From the NCBI GenBank assembly GCA_020632555.1, contig JACKFI010000004.1:12335-76334 (forward strand): a DNA stretch of 64,000 nucleotides. The letters run 5' to 3'. This DNA is from Candidatus Omnitrophota bacterium. GTDB taxonomy: Bacteria > Omnitrophota > Gorgyraeia > Zapsychrales > JANLHA01. Under the pieces are notes generated by a model, which was not told where the DNA came from, searched no databases, and was given only the letters and a program-made list of their open reading frames with translations. Below are positions 1-8,800 of this stretch, in pieces (positions within the stretch are counted from its first letter, which is position 1; the number at the start of each line of letters is the position of its first letter). The position numbers were made by a program, and so were the translations under genes.

Positions 1-570
1 CCCGGAAAATCTGACACCAGCGAGATAGAATTCTTTATGAATAATTATCAAGATGAATTATTTATGACAACCAAAGAATTACCTGCGTTAGAAAATTTTA
101 TTCTCTATTTATCCGTCGCGAAAACAACCATGATGATGGCCCAGTGGATTGAGGAAGAACAAGAGGAAACCATTTGCGATCAGTTTAATATTGGCCCCGG
201 CGACATTTATCGTCACACCGAGTCCAACCTCTGGCTTTTGCACGCGGCTCTAACATTTAGCGAACTTTTTAATTTCGCTAATCTCACTTGGCCGCTGGTG
301 CATTTGAAAAACCGCGTTAAATACGGAATCAAAGAAGAATTGACCCAACTGACTCAAATCAAAGGAGTCGGCCGCATACGGGCGAGAATTCTTTTTGACA
401 AAGGATTTAAAAACTTTAAAGATTTGAAAATAACACCCTTAGATGATTTGGCACAAATCGACAAAATCGGCAAAACACTGGCCAAAGAAATCCTTCAACA
501 ACTTTCCAAGCCAACCCTCGAGAACATTAACGCTGACGGAAATTTGTCGCGGTTACTAAAAAATTATTGA
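1..570 (+). CDS. C-terminal fragment of a Hel308/Ski2-like SF2 DNA helicase (5' end outside window)
   Basis: Frame 1 is open from base 1 into ORF 37..570. The C-terminal helix-hairpin-helix segment 'IKGVGRIRARILFDKGF' and the preceding helical domain resemble Hel308 domains 4/5. Confidence 0.5.
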   Translation, partial: PGKSDTSEIEFFMNNYQDELFMTTKELPALENFILYLSVAKTTMMMAQWIEEEQEETICDQFNIGPGDIYRHTESNLWLLHAALTFSELFNFANLTWPLVHLKNRVKYGIKEELTQLTQIKGVGRIRARILFDKGFKNFKDLKITPLDDLAQIDKIGKTLAKEILQQLSKPTLENINADGNLSRLLKNY

Positions 571-645
571 GATCTTTCCAGAGATAAGACCCTTGTCTTC
601 TTAACTTTCCTCCCCCTTTTGATGGCGGAATACCGCAACCAAAGG

Positions 646-712
646 CAAATTTTGCATTTCACTTTTTTCTGCGCAACGTATCGTCGCGCACTGTGTTGTA
701 ATGCAAAATTTG
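646..712. repeat. Palindrome-ended dispersed repeat, copy 1 (REP/terminator-like), between convergent genes
   Basis: CAAATTTTGCATT (646-658) is the exact reverse complement of AATGCAAAATTTG (700-712). A second, inverted copy lies at 14271-14347, and both give the same spurious translation 'YRRALCCNAKFGI'. Confidence 0.65.
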
Positions 713-747
713 GGATAAACAAGGGATTTCGATTCAGTCAAGGAAAT

Positions 748-1137
748 CTAAATGACGGCAACGGCCTCAATCTCGACCAAAGCATCTTTGGGCAAACGCG
801 CGACTTGTATGGTCGAGCGAGCTGGTGCATTTTCGGCGTGAATATATTTGGCATAAACTTCATTCATTCCCGCGAAATCATTCATATCTTTCAAAAACAC
901 AGTTGTTTTAACCACATGATCAAACGACGTTCCCGCCCCCGCAAGAACAGCTTGCAAATTCTTAAGCACTTGCTGTGTTTGTTCTTTAATCGTTGTGCCG
1001 ACCATGGCTCCACTAACCGGATCCAAAGGAATTTGACCGGCAGTAAAAACAAAATTTCCAGCAACCACCGCTTGATTGTAGGGCCCAACAGCTGCCGGCG
1101 CACCAGCAGGTTTAATAATCTTTCTGGTCATAACCAA
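748..1137 (-). CDS. ridA: RidA/YjgF/TdcF family reactive-intermediate (enamine/imine) deaminase
   Basis: 129 aa. 'GPYNQAVVAGNFVFTAGQIPLDP...' and C-terminal 'ARSTIQVARLPKDALVEIEAVA' are typical RidA. An AAGGAG RBS lies upstream. Confidence 0.85.
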   Translation of the reverse strand: MVMTRKIIKPAGAPAAVGPYNQAVVAGNFVFTAGQIPLDPVSGAMVGTTIKEQTQQVLKNLQAVLAGAGTSFDHVVKTTVFLKDMNDFAGMNEVYAKYIHAENAPARSTIQVARLPKDALVEIEAVAVI

Positions 1138-1176
1138 CTCCTTTTTATTCTATCTATTAAATGCAAAAAACTTTTA

Positions 1177-1253
1177 CTAACTACTAACCCCTAATCCCTA
1201 ACCCCTAATCCCTAACCCCTAACCCCTAACCCCTAACCCCTATCCCCTATCCC
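1177..1253. repeat. Tandem heptamer array, about 10-11 units of CTAACCC/CTAATCC/CTATCCC (minus strand GGGTTAG-type)
   Basis: Read directly: ctaaccc ctaatcc ctaaccc ctaatcc ctaaccc x4 ctatccc x2, in the recO-ridA intergenic spacer. Confidence 0.95.
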
Positions 1254-1260
1254 CTGAATT

Positions 1261-2001
1261 TCACCGCAAATATTTAGCCGACTTTATTTTCCGTCCCAAG
1301 TGGAAAACCAAAAAGTTATTCAAAACATACTTTAATTCTTTTTGTACCGATTCCGTCAGCTTTAAGCGTAAACAAATCGGCCATTCATGACTTTCCGCAT
1401 AAATGATTGACGACACCGCCCCCGGAGAAAGCAATTCCAGCGTCGAGTCTCCCGCGGCACAATCCCAACACACCAGACCCCCTTCCCGCAAACTAAAACG
1501 CGCTTTTTCAATAATCGTTTTTTTGCATTTGAGACACGTATCCAAATGCGGCTTAAAACCAGACAAAGACAATACTTTGATTTGGAAAAAATGAACCAAC
1601 AGACTTGAATCCCGACTTTCGACACTTTGTAAACTCTCCAAAAAATCCAACATCAAACGATAAATTTTGACGTTTTTCTCCTCGGATGGCATAATCAAAT
1701 TAACCAATTCCAAGATATAACTGGCGGCCAATGATTTCTTCAAATCCTGCCGTATCGGATAATAATAACTTTTTAAATCGCAATGACTGATCAAATGCAA
1801 ATCCGAATTGCGATACTGATAATACACAATGTCATTAACCGAAAAACGATCGACACTGCTGCCAAACTTTTTGTGATCTTTACGTATGCCTTTTAAAACG
1901 CCACCAACTTTTCCGTATTCTTTTGTAAAAAAGATCGCGATGCGGCTGGTCTCACGCAAATCAAATGTTTTTAAAACAATGCCTTCTGTTTTGAGAATCA
2001 T
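1261..2001 (-). CDS. recO: DNA repair protein RecO
   Basis: 246 aa. The N-terminal OB-fold sequence 'ILKTEGIVLKTFDLRETSRI' and the C-terminal Cys motif (CLKC...CWDC) are typical of RecO. Confidence 0.85.
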   Translation of the reverse strand: MILKTEGIVLKTFDLRETSRIAIFFTKEYGKVGGVLKGIRKDHKKFGSSVDRFSVNDIVYYQYRNSDLHLISHCDLKSYYYPIRQDLKKSLAASYILELVNLIMPSEEKNVKIYRLMLDFLESLQSVESRDSSLLVHFFQIKVLSLSGFKPHLDTCLKCKKTIIEKARFSLREGGLVCWDCAAGDSTLELLSPGAVSSIIYAESHEWPICLRLKLTESVQKELKYVLNNFLVFHLGRKIKSAKYLR

Positions 2002-2423
2002 AAAGCCGCCAACAGCTTTTTTTCTTGCGCGCGCATTTTCTTAATTTTTGCAGGGCTATGATCGTCGAACCCCAGCAAATGCAACACGCCGTGAACCATA
2101 TACAAAAGGATTTCATCTTTCAAGCTCACATCATATTCAGCCGCTTGACGTTTCGCTGTTTGCGCTGAAATAATGATCTCTCCCTCAAGGGAAGAACCAC
2201 ACCCCTTTTGGCGCCAATCGAACGTCAATACATCCGTTGCATAATCATGCCGCAAATACTTTTTATTTAAAGCTTTAATTTTCAAATCACTAACAAACAC
2301 AAAGGAAAGATGCCCGTCAACAATTTGTTGATGCTTAAGAACTTTGCGGATTAGTTTTTTGAGCTGGAGGAGGTTCAGCGGAATTGTCGCTTGCAGATTT
2401 TGAATTTCGATAATCACTGGCAT
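1998..2423 (-). CDS. ybeY: rRNA maturation endoribonuclease YbeY
   Basis: Metal-binding motif 'HGVLHLLGFDH'. I placed the start at internal 'MPVIIEIQN' because the longer ORF N-terminus overlaps the upstream gene tail. Confidence 0.8.
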   Translation of the reverse strand: MPVIIEIQNLQATIPLNLLQLKKLIRKVLKHQQIVDGHLSFVFVSDLKIKALNKKYLRHDYATDVLTFDWRQKGCGSSLEGEIIISAQTAKRQAAEYDVSLKDEILLYMVHGVLHLLGFDDHSPAKIKKMRAQEKKLLAAL

Positions 2424-3798
2424 TTTTGAGTTCCGGGTATTTGACACGACCATGATAAGCCGCGCTTAAACTGCGTATAAACGTCACCGCGACCATTTCA
2501 ATCTCAGTTAACGTCAAATTACTTTCATCCAACTGCCCATCAATAAATTTATTATTAATCACTTTGCGCACAACTTCATCAATCCGACTGGGCGTCAAAT
2601 CCTCAAGCGAACGGGTTGCCGCTTCCGCCGAATCCGCCAAAAGAACAATCGCCGTTTCCTTACGCTGTGGTTTAGGTCCCGGATAACGATAATTTTCTTC
2701 GGACACCTCATTGATATCCGCTTTTGCCGCCAACGCTTTTTGATAAAAGAAATGCATCAAACTGGTACCATGATGTTCGGGAATAAAACTGGCAATAATC
2801 GGATTCAAACGGTGTTTCTTCGCAAGCTCGACACCCTCTTTGACATGATTTAAAATCACCAAACGGCTGATTGAAGGCTCCAAGTCATCATGCTTATTCC
2901 CGACGGTAATCTGATTTTCTGTAAAATAATCCGGTTTGACCAATTTTCCAATATCATGATAATACGCCCCCACACGAGTCAAAAGCGCATTGGCACCAAT
3001 CGCATCCGCGGCCGCTTCCGCAATATTACTGACAACCAAACTGTGATGATACGTTCCCGGCGCCTCAAGAATCATACGCTTAAGCAACGGTTGATTAAAA
3101 TCCGTCATTTCCAACAAACTAAAATTGGTAATTACCCCAAATAAATATTCAAATATTTTCAAAGCCGTTAAAACAATAATGCAATACAGCCCACTCATAA
3201 AAAATGGGAGTATATAGGTATTGAGAAACACCGGTGACAAAATCAATACGAAATCATGATGAATCAACAGCATCCCCACCGATTGAATCACACCAACATA
3301 CACTCCGGCCGCAATCAAAGTTCCTCGTCTGCGAGCGCCACGCACCGCATAAGCTCCAGCCAAACCCCCAATAAAAAAAATCAACATCACATCCAACGGG
3401 GTAACACCCAAAACCATCAACCAACGACTGCTGCTTAATATCAAGCCGACGCACACACTGCTTAAAAAAGCCATAATGATCGTCAAATGCAAATCATCAA
3501 ACAACAACATGGTCAACATCGCAATCGACGCGACCGGCAAATACAACGGACAATTCTTAAAATACGTCTGAATCGTCACCGTCGCAAAAACCGTAATGCT
3601 CAACAAAAGCCCTAAACTCAACAATAATCTCAAACTGCCTTTGTCAGAGAGAAATAGATGCAGACCGGCGAAAAGCAGAAGAAACGGAATAATCAACGGC
3701 AAGCCAACCAATTTACAAAAAACTGCCAAAAAAAAGACAACACCCAAAGATAAAAACGCGTCACGATAAGTCAATTTTTGCTTTTGAGATAATTGCAT
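2335..3798 (-). CDS. 7TM-receptor/HD-domain phosphohydrolase (PgpH/YqfF-like)
   Basis: Multi-pass hydrophobic N-terminal half followed by an HD domain ('HHSLVVSNIAE...YYHDIGK'). It sits in the conserved phoH - HD protein - ybeY neighbourhood. Confidence 0.75.
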   Translation of the reverse strand: MQLSQKQKLTYRDAFLSLGVVFFLAVFCKLVGLPLIIPFLLLFAGLHLFLSDKGSLRLLLSLGLLLSITVFATVTIQTYFKNCPLYLPVASIAMLTMLLFDDLHLTIIMAFLSSVCVGLILSSSRWLMVLGVTPLDVMLIFFIGGLAGAYAVRGARRRGTLIAAGVYVGVIQSVGMLLIHHDFVLILSPVFLNTYILPFFMSGLYCIIVLTALKIFEYLFGVITNFSLLEMTDFNQPLLKRMILEAPGTYHHSLVVSNIAEAAADAIGANALLTRVGAYYHDIGKLVKPDYFTENQITVGNKHDDLEPSISRLVILNHVKEGVELAKKHRLNPIIASFIPEHHGTSLMHFFYQKALAAKADINEVSEENYRYPGPKPQRKETAIVLLADSAEAATRSLEDLTPSRIDEVVRKVINNKFIDGQLDESNLTLTEIEMVAVTFIRSLSAAYHGRVKYPELKNASDYRNSKSASDNSAEPPPAQKTNPQSS

Positions 3799-3815
3799 AA
3801 ACTATTAAAAGAACC

Positions 3816-4787
3816 TTAAGAGAGAATATTTTTCTGAGTTTGTTGATCAACCCGTTCGTAAGCTTCAATAATCCGCTGAACAAGTTCATGCCGAACAACG
3901 TCCCCGCCATTTAAATGCACAAACTTAATGCCGTCCGTATCCCGCAAAATATTTTCCGCGTCCACCAGCCCGATCGACGATCCTTTTGGCAAATCACTTT
4001 GCGTAATGTCCCCAGTGATCACCGTCTTGGAATCAAATCCTAGCCGCGTCAAAAACATTTTCATCTGAAACGGTGTCGAATTTTGTGCTTCATCCAGAAT
4101 AACAAAAGCATCATTAAGTGTCCGCCCGCGCATAAATGCCAGCGGAGCAACTTCAATAATCCCCTGCTCGGTATACTGCTCAACCTGATCGGGCTCCATC
4201 ATATCATAAAGCGCGTCATACAATGGCCGCAAGTAAGGCAAAACTTTTTCCACCATATCTCCAGGCAAAAACCCCAAGTTCTCACCGGCTTCAATCGCTG
4301 GACGAGTCAGAATGATACGGCGGACAATGCCTTTTTTCAAAGCATTAACCGCCATAGCCATAGCTAAATAAGTTTTACCTGTTCCCGCCGGGCCGATAGC
4401 AAAAACGATATCATGTTTTTTAATCGCTTCAACATATTCAATTTGCCCCTTGGTTTTAGGAATAATCAAGCCGCCGCGCAAATAAACTTCAATTTTTTCT
4501 TTCGCCAGCCGCTTAAAATCAAAACCCTTATCCGGACGGGTCAAATCAATAGCATAAACAATATCCTGCCGTTTAACATCTCGCCCATCGTCAGTGATAG
4601 AAACCAAATAATCCATCAAATCACTGACTTTTTCAACCGCCTGATCGTCACCAGAGACCTTCAAACCATTCTCATGGCGAACAACTCGAACTTTCAGTTC
4701 TTCTTCAATCAATTTCAAATGCTGATCATACTTGCCAAAGAGCGCCTGCAAGTTCTTGTTATTATTCAAATAAATAATACGATCCAT
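3816..4787 (-). CDS. phoH: PhoH-like ATPase (PhoH/YbeZ)
   Basis: Walker A 'GPAGTGKTYLAMA' and Walker B 'FVILDEAQN'. It lies next to the ybeY cluster. Confidence 0.85.
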   Translation of the reverse strand: MDRIIYLNNNKNLQALFGKYDQHLKLIEEELKVRVVRHENGLKVSGDDQAVEKVSDLMDYLVSITDDGRDVKRQDIVYAIDLTRPDKGFDFKRLAKEKIEVYLRGGLIIPKTKGQIEYVEAIKKHDIVFAIGPAGTGKTYLAMAMAVNALKKGIVRRIILTRPAIEAGENLGFLPGDMVEKVLPYLRPLYDALYDMMEPDQVEQYTEQGIIEVAPLAFMRGRTLNDAFVILDEAQNSTPFQMKMFLTRLGFDSKTVITGDITQSDLPKGSSIGLVDAENILRDTDGIKFVHLNGGDVVRHELVQRIIEAYERVDQQTQKNILS

Positions 4788-4838
4788 TTACTCAACAGCC
4801 CTACTCTTTCTTTTGTTGTCTTGCGACAATTCTACAAC

Positions 4839-5420
4839 TTAAGGAATACGGATCGTAAGCCCCGGCTTAATGCGGTTGGGGTCAGCGATAATATCTTTGT
4901 TGGCTTCGTATATTTTGTACCAATTTTTATAAGTGTTATATACTTTCTTGGAAATCTTCTGCAAAGTGTCACCTTTTTCAATCACATATTCCGTCGGAGT
5001 TTTTGCTGAGGGAGCCTCTTTGATTTCTTCAACATCATTGTACGGTCCTCGTTCAATCACAACCGGAGTCGGCGCTCGATAGGTTTCAACTGCGGCAGGC
5101 TGACGACGTTCTGGAACATTGATTTGCACCGGTTGCACGGGAGGGACTTCTCTGCGCAAATCTTCCGGGGTCACATCAGGATTTTTTGTAAATTCCAAAA
5201 CATACACTTTACGAGATTTGGACATCGCGGAGGTATCTGGTTTGATCGGCGTTCCAGTAACATAGCCATAATTGCCGCCTTCCATATTTTGGTCCACACG
5301 AGCTTTATCAGCAATATAAGCGCGCGTTTCAACACCACCGGCGCCCGTACTGGCACAACCAGCGACAGCCAAAGCCATCACACCTAAACCCAACTGGAAC
5401 AACATCACTTTCTTAGACAT
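4839..5420 (-). CDS. LysM-domain lipoprotein
   Basis: Lipobox 'LAVAGCAS' and a C-terminal LysM domain, 'YVIEKGDTLQKISKKVY...IKPGLTIRIP'. Confidence 0.7.
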   Translation of the reverse strand: MSKKVMLFQLGLGVMALAVAGCASTGAGGVETRAYIADKARVDQNMEGGNYGYVTGTPIKPDTSAMSKSRKVYVLEFTKNPDVTPEDLRREVPPVQPVQINVPERRQPAAVETYRAPTPVVIERGPYNDVEEIKEAPSAKTPTEYVIEKGDTLQKISKKVYNTYKNWYKIYEANKDIIADPNRIKPGLTIRIP

Positions 5421-6813
5421 GTTTATCTCCTTTTTTGAGCATCTTAAGCCCTAACTCCGTTAATTGCTTATCGTCAATCGCTGACGGAGCTTCTGTTAAA
5501 AGACAACTCCCTTTTTGTGTTTTTGGAAATGCCATTGTATCACGAATCGAATCCAACCCCGCTAAAATACTGACTAAACGATCAACACCATAAGCCACAC
5601 CCGCGTGCGGTGGAGCCCCATATTCAAACGCGCGCAATAAAAACCCGAACCGCTGCTGCGCCTCTTCTTGAGAAAGGCCGATGATATCAAACACTTTCTG
5701 TTGTGTTTCTCGACGGTGGATACGAATTGAACCGCTGCCTAATTCTGTCCCGTTGAGGACCAAATCATAGGAACAAGCCCGAACTTGATCCAACTTGCCT
5801 TCTTCTAAAAGATGGACATCTTCTTCTTTCATGGAAGTAAAAGGATGATGCTCACTTTCCCATCTTTTTTCTTCGCTATTATATTTGAACATTGGGAAAT
5901 CCACAACCCAAACAAAAGCAAATTTATCATCGCCTTTACGCAGGTCCGGCTTATCACTTTGATAATTTTTAACAGCGTCGGCGTGGGTCATACGAGGGAA
6001 AGGTGTGGGTAAATCAATACCTTTGAGTTCTTTAAAAATTTCTTTAAATAAGTTCTCCGTAAGAGAAAAAATGTCTTCTTGAGTTGCAAAAGACATTTCA
6101 ATATCCAATTGTGTAAATTCCGGCTGCCGGTCCGCACGCAAATCCTCATCGCGAAAACACTTCACAATCTGAAAATACCGATCCATCCCGGAAACCATCA
6201 ACAATTGTTTAAACAATTGCGGAGATTGCGGCAAAGCAAAGAAATTGTTCACATTCAGACGAGACGGCACCAAAAAATCTCGTGCTCCTTCAGGCGTGGA
6301 TTTCGTCAAAATCGGTGTTTCAATTTCCACAAAATCGGCTTTCGACATCACACGGCGCATAATCTGACAAAGTTTATGCCGCAATAACAAAGCGTCTCGC
6401 ACTTTATCTCGACGAATATCCAAATACCGATAGGTCAAACGCAATTCTTCGGAAGCTTCCACTGTACTGTCAATTTCAAAAACCGGCACCTTACTAACAT
6501 TGAGAATCTCTAATTCTTCGGCCACCAACTCTGTTTCACCGGTAGCAAGATCCGCGTTGACATTCTTCGGCGGGCGGACATTGACCTTACCCTTGATCTG
6601 CACAACAAATTCCGGGCCTAAGGTCTGCGCTTTTTCATGCGCTGCTTTAGCAATCGACGGAATAAAAACAACTTGTGTCAAACCATAACGGTCGCGAATA
6701 TCGATAAATGTTAACTTGCCGTGATCCCGACGACGATGAACCCAGCCGCACAAAACAACACTTTGGTCTTTATGTTCTTTTCTTAATTCCCCGCATGTAT
6801 GTGTCCGCAACAT
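5413..6813 (-). CDS. aspS: Aspartyl-tRNA synthetase, bacterial type, lacking the GAD insertion domain
   Basis: 'MLRTHTCGELR', motif 2 'FRDEDLRADRQPEFTQLD', 'GAPPHAGVAYGVDR'. It is only 466 aa. 'SDKPDLRKGDDKFAFVWVVDFPMF' joins directly the two segments that flank the roughly 125-aa GAD domain in E. coli AspS. Confidence 0.85.
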   Translation of the reverse strand: MLRTHTCGELRKEHKDQSVVLCGWVHRRRDHGKLTFIDIRDRYGLTQVVFIPSIAKAAHEKAQTLGPEFVVQIKGKVNVRPPKNVNADLATGETELVAEELEILNVSKVPVFEIDSTVEASEELRLTYRYLDIRRDKVRDALLLRHKLCQIMRRVMSKADFVEIETPILTKSTPEGARDFLVPSRLNVNNFFALPQSPQLFKQLLMVSGMDRYFQIVKCFRDEDLRADRQPEFTQLDIEMSFATQEDIFSLTENLFKEIFKELKGIDLPTPFPRMTHADAVKNYQSDKPDLRKGDDKFAFVWVVDFPMFKYNSEEKRWESEHHPFTSMKEEDVHLLEEGKLDQVRACSYDLVLNGTELGSGSIRIHRRETQQKVFDIIGLSQEEAQQRFGFLLRAFEYGAPPHAGVAYGVDRLVSILAGLDSIRDTMAFPKTQKGSCLLTEAPSAIDDKQLTELGLKMLKKGDKHV

Positions 6814-6850
6814 CGCAAAACCTTTCTTATCGTAACCTTAAAAATTTTGT

Positions 6851-7180
6851 TTACTTTAAAATATTCTGAACGAACCTCTTAAGTTCGGGAAGTTCTTTTT
6901 TACATATTTTCCACACAAGCAAATTATCCACTCCAAAATATTGGTGAATCAACTTATCACGCAAGCCAGAAATGTCTTTCCACGGAATTTGCTTATGCGC
7001 TTTACGAAAATCAACCGATAAATTCTTAACAGCTTCTCCAATGATTTCTAACTGCCGAATGACCGCGCTATAGACCAAAGCATTACGACTAAAACTATTA
7101 GCATCAACAGCTCGAATAAAATTCTCAATATGTGTTATCGCATCATCAATATGCCGCAAATAAATCTTATCGTTTTTCAT
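6851..7180 (-). CDS. hepT: HepT (DUF86) toxin of a HepT/MntA type VII toxin-antitoxin pair
   Basis: 109 aa with the Rx4HxY motif 'RDKLIHQY'. It overlaps the upstream nucleotidyltransferase gene by 14 nt. Confidence 0.75.
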   Translation of the reverse strand: MKNDKIYLRHIDDAITHIENFIRAVDANSFSRNALVYSAVIRQLEIIGEAVKNLSVDFRKAHKQIPWKDISGLRDKLIHQYFGVDNLLVWKICKKELPELKRFVQNILK

Positions 7181-7493
7181 AAATAACTCGAACAGATCTC
7201 AAAATATCCTTGCGAAGATACGGGGAAAGACTGCCTTCTGTTAAAAGATCAACTTTTCTTTTAAAAACCTTTTTCAATTGCCCTTGGGCATGAATCAAAT
7301 CTAACAAACTTTTTTCTTTAACGGCATCAAATCTAATTAAAATATCCACATCACTTTTTGTCGTTGCCTTCCCCGAGGCAAAAGACCCAAAAAGACCCAA
7401 AAACACAACATCATTCATCTCGCAAACTGTTTTAAGTTTTTCTTGAATAGCTTTTTTCCGCCATTGTGCAGGCAATCCATTGATTTTGACCAT
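7167..7493 (-). CDS. mntA: MntA minimal nucleotidyltransferase antitoxin
   Basis: 108 aa with the GSx(n)DxD NTase motif 'GLFGSFASGKATTKSDVDILI'. Confidence 0.75.
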   Translation of the reverse strand: MVKINGLPAQWRKKAIQEKLKTVCEMNDVVFLGLFGSFASGKATTKSDVDILIRFDAVKEKSLLDLIHAQGQLKKVFKRKVDLLTEGSLSPYLRKDILRSVRVIYEKR

Positions 7494-7503
7494 ACAAATT
7501 CTC

Positions 7504-8787
7504 CTATATCTTCAATCTTTGTACCAATAATGTTAGATCAAAGATCGGAATTTCTTCTTGTTGCCCATCACTCATATTCTTCAAAGTCACAACACCCTTA
7601 TTCAACTCATCTTGGCCGAGGATTATAACATAGCGCGCCTTTAATTTGTCCGCCAAACGCATTTGACTTTTCATCGAACCCAAACGATAACTCATTGCCG
7701 CCGAGAACCCCGCCTCACGGACCTGATGAGACAGCATAAAATTATGCTTCAAAACACTTTCATCCAAAGAAACAAAAACCACATCAATGGGTTTATCGTC
7801 CTGCGTCTTTTTACCCAATGCCAACAAAACCCGTTCGATACCTAATGCAAAACCAATCGCGTCCACCTGAGGTCCGCCCAATTGCGCAACCAAACCACTA
7901 TAACGCCCACCGGCACCCAAAGCATCTTGACTGCCCAAAGCCGGACACGCTATTTCAAAAACAGTATGCGTATAGTAATCCAAACCGCGCACCAAGGTTT
8001 GATTTATTTCATATTTAATATGCAAACTCTCCAAAGCTTCGCAAACTTGCGTAAAATATTGACGACTCTCATCAGAAAGATAGGAATAATCCAGATTTAA
8101 ACGCGCAACAACACTTTTACAATCTCTATTTTTGCAATCCAAAATACGAAAAACATTACGCTCAAAGCGGTTCTGACAATCTGGGCACAATGCTTGTAAA
8201 TGCGACTTCAATTGTTGCCGTAAAAAAAACGAAAAACTTTCTTTATCTTGTGTTGAGCCAAGAGTATTCAGTTTGAGCTGAAATTGTTCTTGGGGCAAAC
8301 CATAAGTTGTTAACAACTTAACACTTAAAGCAATCACTTCTGCATCTAAAAACGGCGAAGCCGAATTTGGGCCAATCGCTTCAGCTCCAATCTGATGAAA
8401 TTGCCGCAAACGACCTTTTTGCGGACGCTCACCCCGAAACATCGGGCCAGCATAAAATAATTTAGAGAGCGCCTCTTTTTTATCCAAATCATTTTGAATA
8501 TAAGAACGAACAATCGCCGCCGTTCCTTCCGGACGCAAAGCAAAATTAGCTGAATCTGTATCATCATTCTGTGATTTAAGCTGCAGCATTTGTTTTTGCA
8601 CAATATCGCTGGTTTGACCCATGGAACGAGCGAAAAGTTCGGTTTCTTCAAATAAAGGCGTACGAATTTCACGGTAACCAAAGCGAGACAAAAGATCGCG
8701 CGACTTAGCTTCAAGGTCATGCCAAAGCGCTATTTCTTCAGGAAGAATATCAGTCGTACCACGAGGAGTTGAAAAAATTTTATTCAT
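7504..8787 (-). CDS. hisS: Histidyl-tRNA synthetase
   Basis: 427 aa. 'PRGTTDILPEE', 'FRGERPQKGRLRQFHQIG' and 'GGGRY' class II HisRS motifs. Confidence 0.9.
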   Translation of the reverse strand: MNKIFSTPRGTTDILPEEIALWHDLEAKSRDLLSRFGYREIRTPLFEETELFARSMGQTSDIVQKQMLQLKSQNDDTDSANFALRPEGTAAIVRSYIQNDLDKKEALSKLFYAGPMFRGERPQKGRLRQFHQIGAEAIGPNSASPFLDAEVIALSVKLLTTYGLPQEQFQLKLNTLGSTQDKESFSFFLRQQLKSHLQALCPDCQNRFERNVFRILDCKNRDCKSVVARLNLDYSYLSDESRQYFTQVCEALESLHIKYEINQTLVRGLDYYTHTVFEIACPALGSQDALGAGGRYSGLVAQLGGPQVDAIGFALGIERVLLALGKKTQDDKPIDVVFVSLDESVLKHNFMLSHQVREAGFSAAMSYRLGSMKSQMRLADKLKARYVIILGQDELNKGVVTLKNMSDGQQEEIPIFDLTLLVQRLKI

Positions 8788-8800
8788 TTTTTTCTAATAA

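Noticed and set aside
619-1194. 191-aa plus-strand ORF
   Set aside because: It is antisense to the well-supported ridA gene and begins inside the repeat element. This is a shadow ORF.
1177-1253. Telomere or end of a linear replicon
   Set aside because: The array is internal, only about 77 bp long, and flanked on both sides by ordinary co-oriented housekeeping genes.
4413-5009. 198-aa plus-strand ORF, together with similar long antisense ORFs (10405-11070, 11464-11895, 44864-45367, 57390-57851, 49075-49500, 63380-63811)
   Set aside because: All lie antisense to strongly supported conserved genes and have low-complexity, N/I/F/K-rich composition typical of shadow frames in AT-rich DNA.
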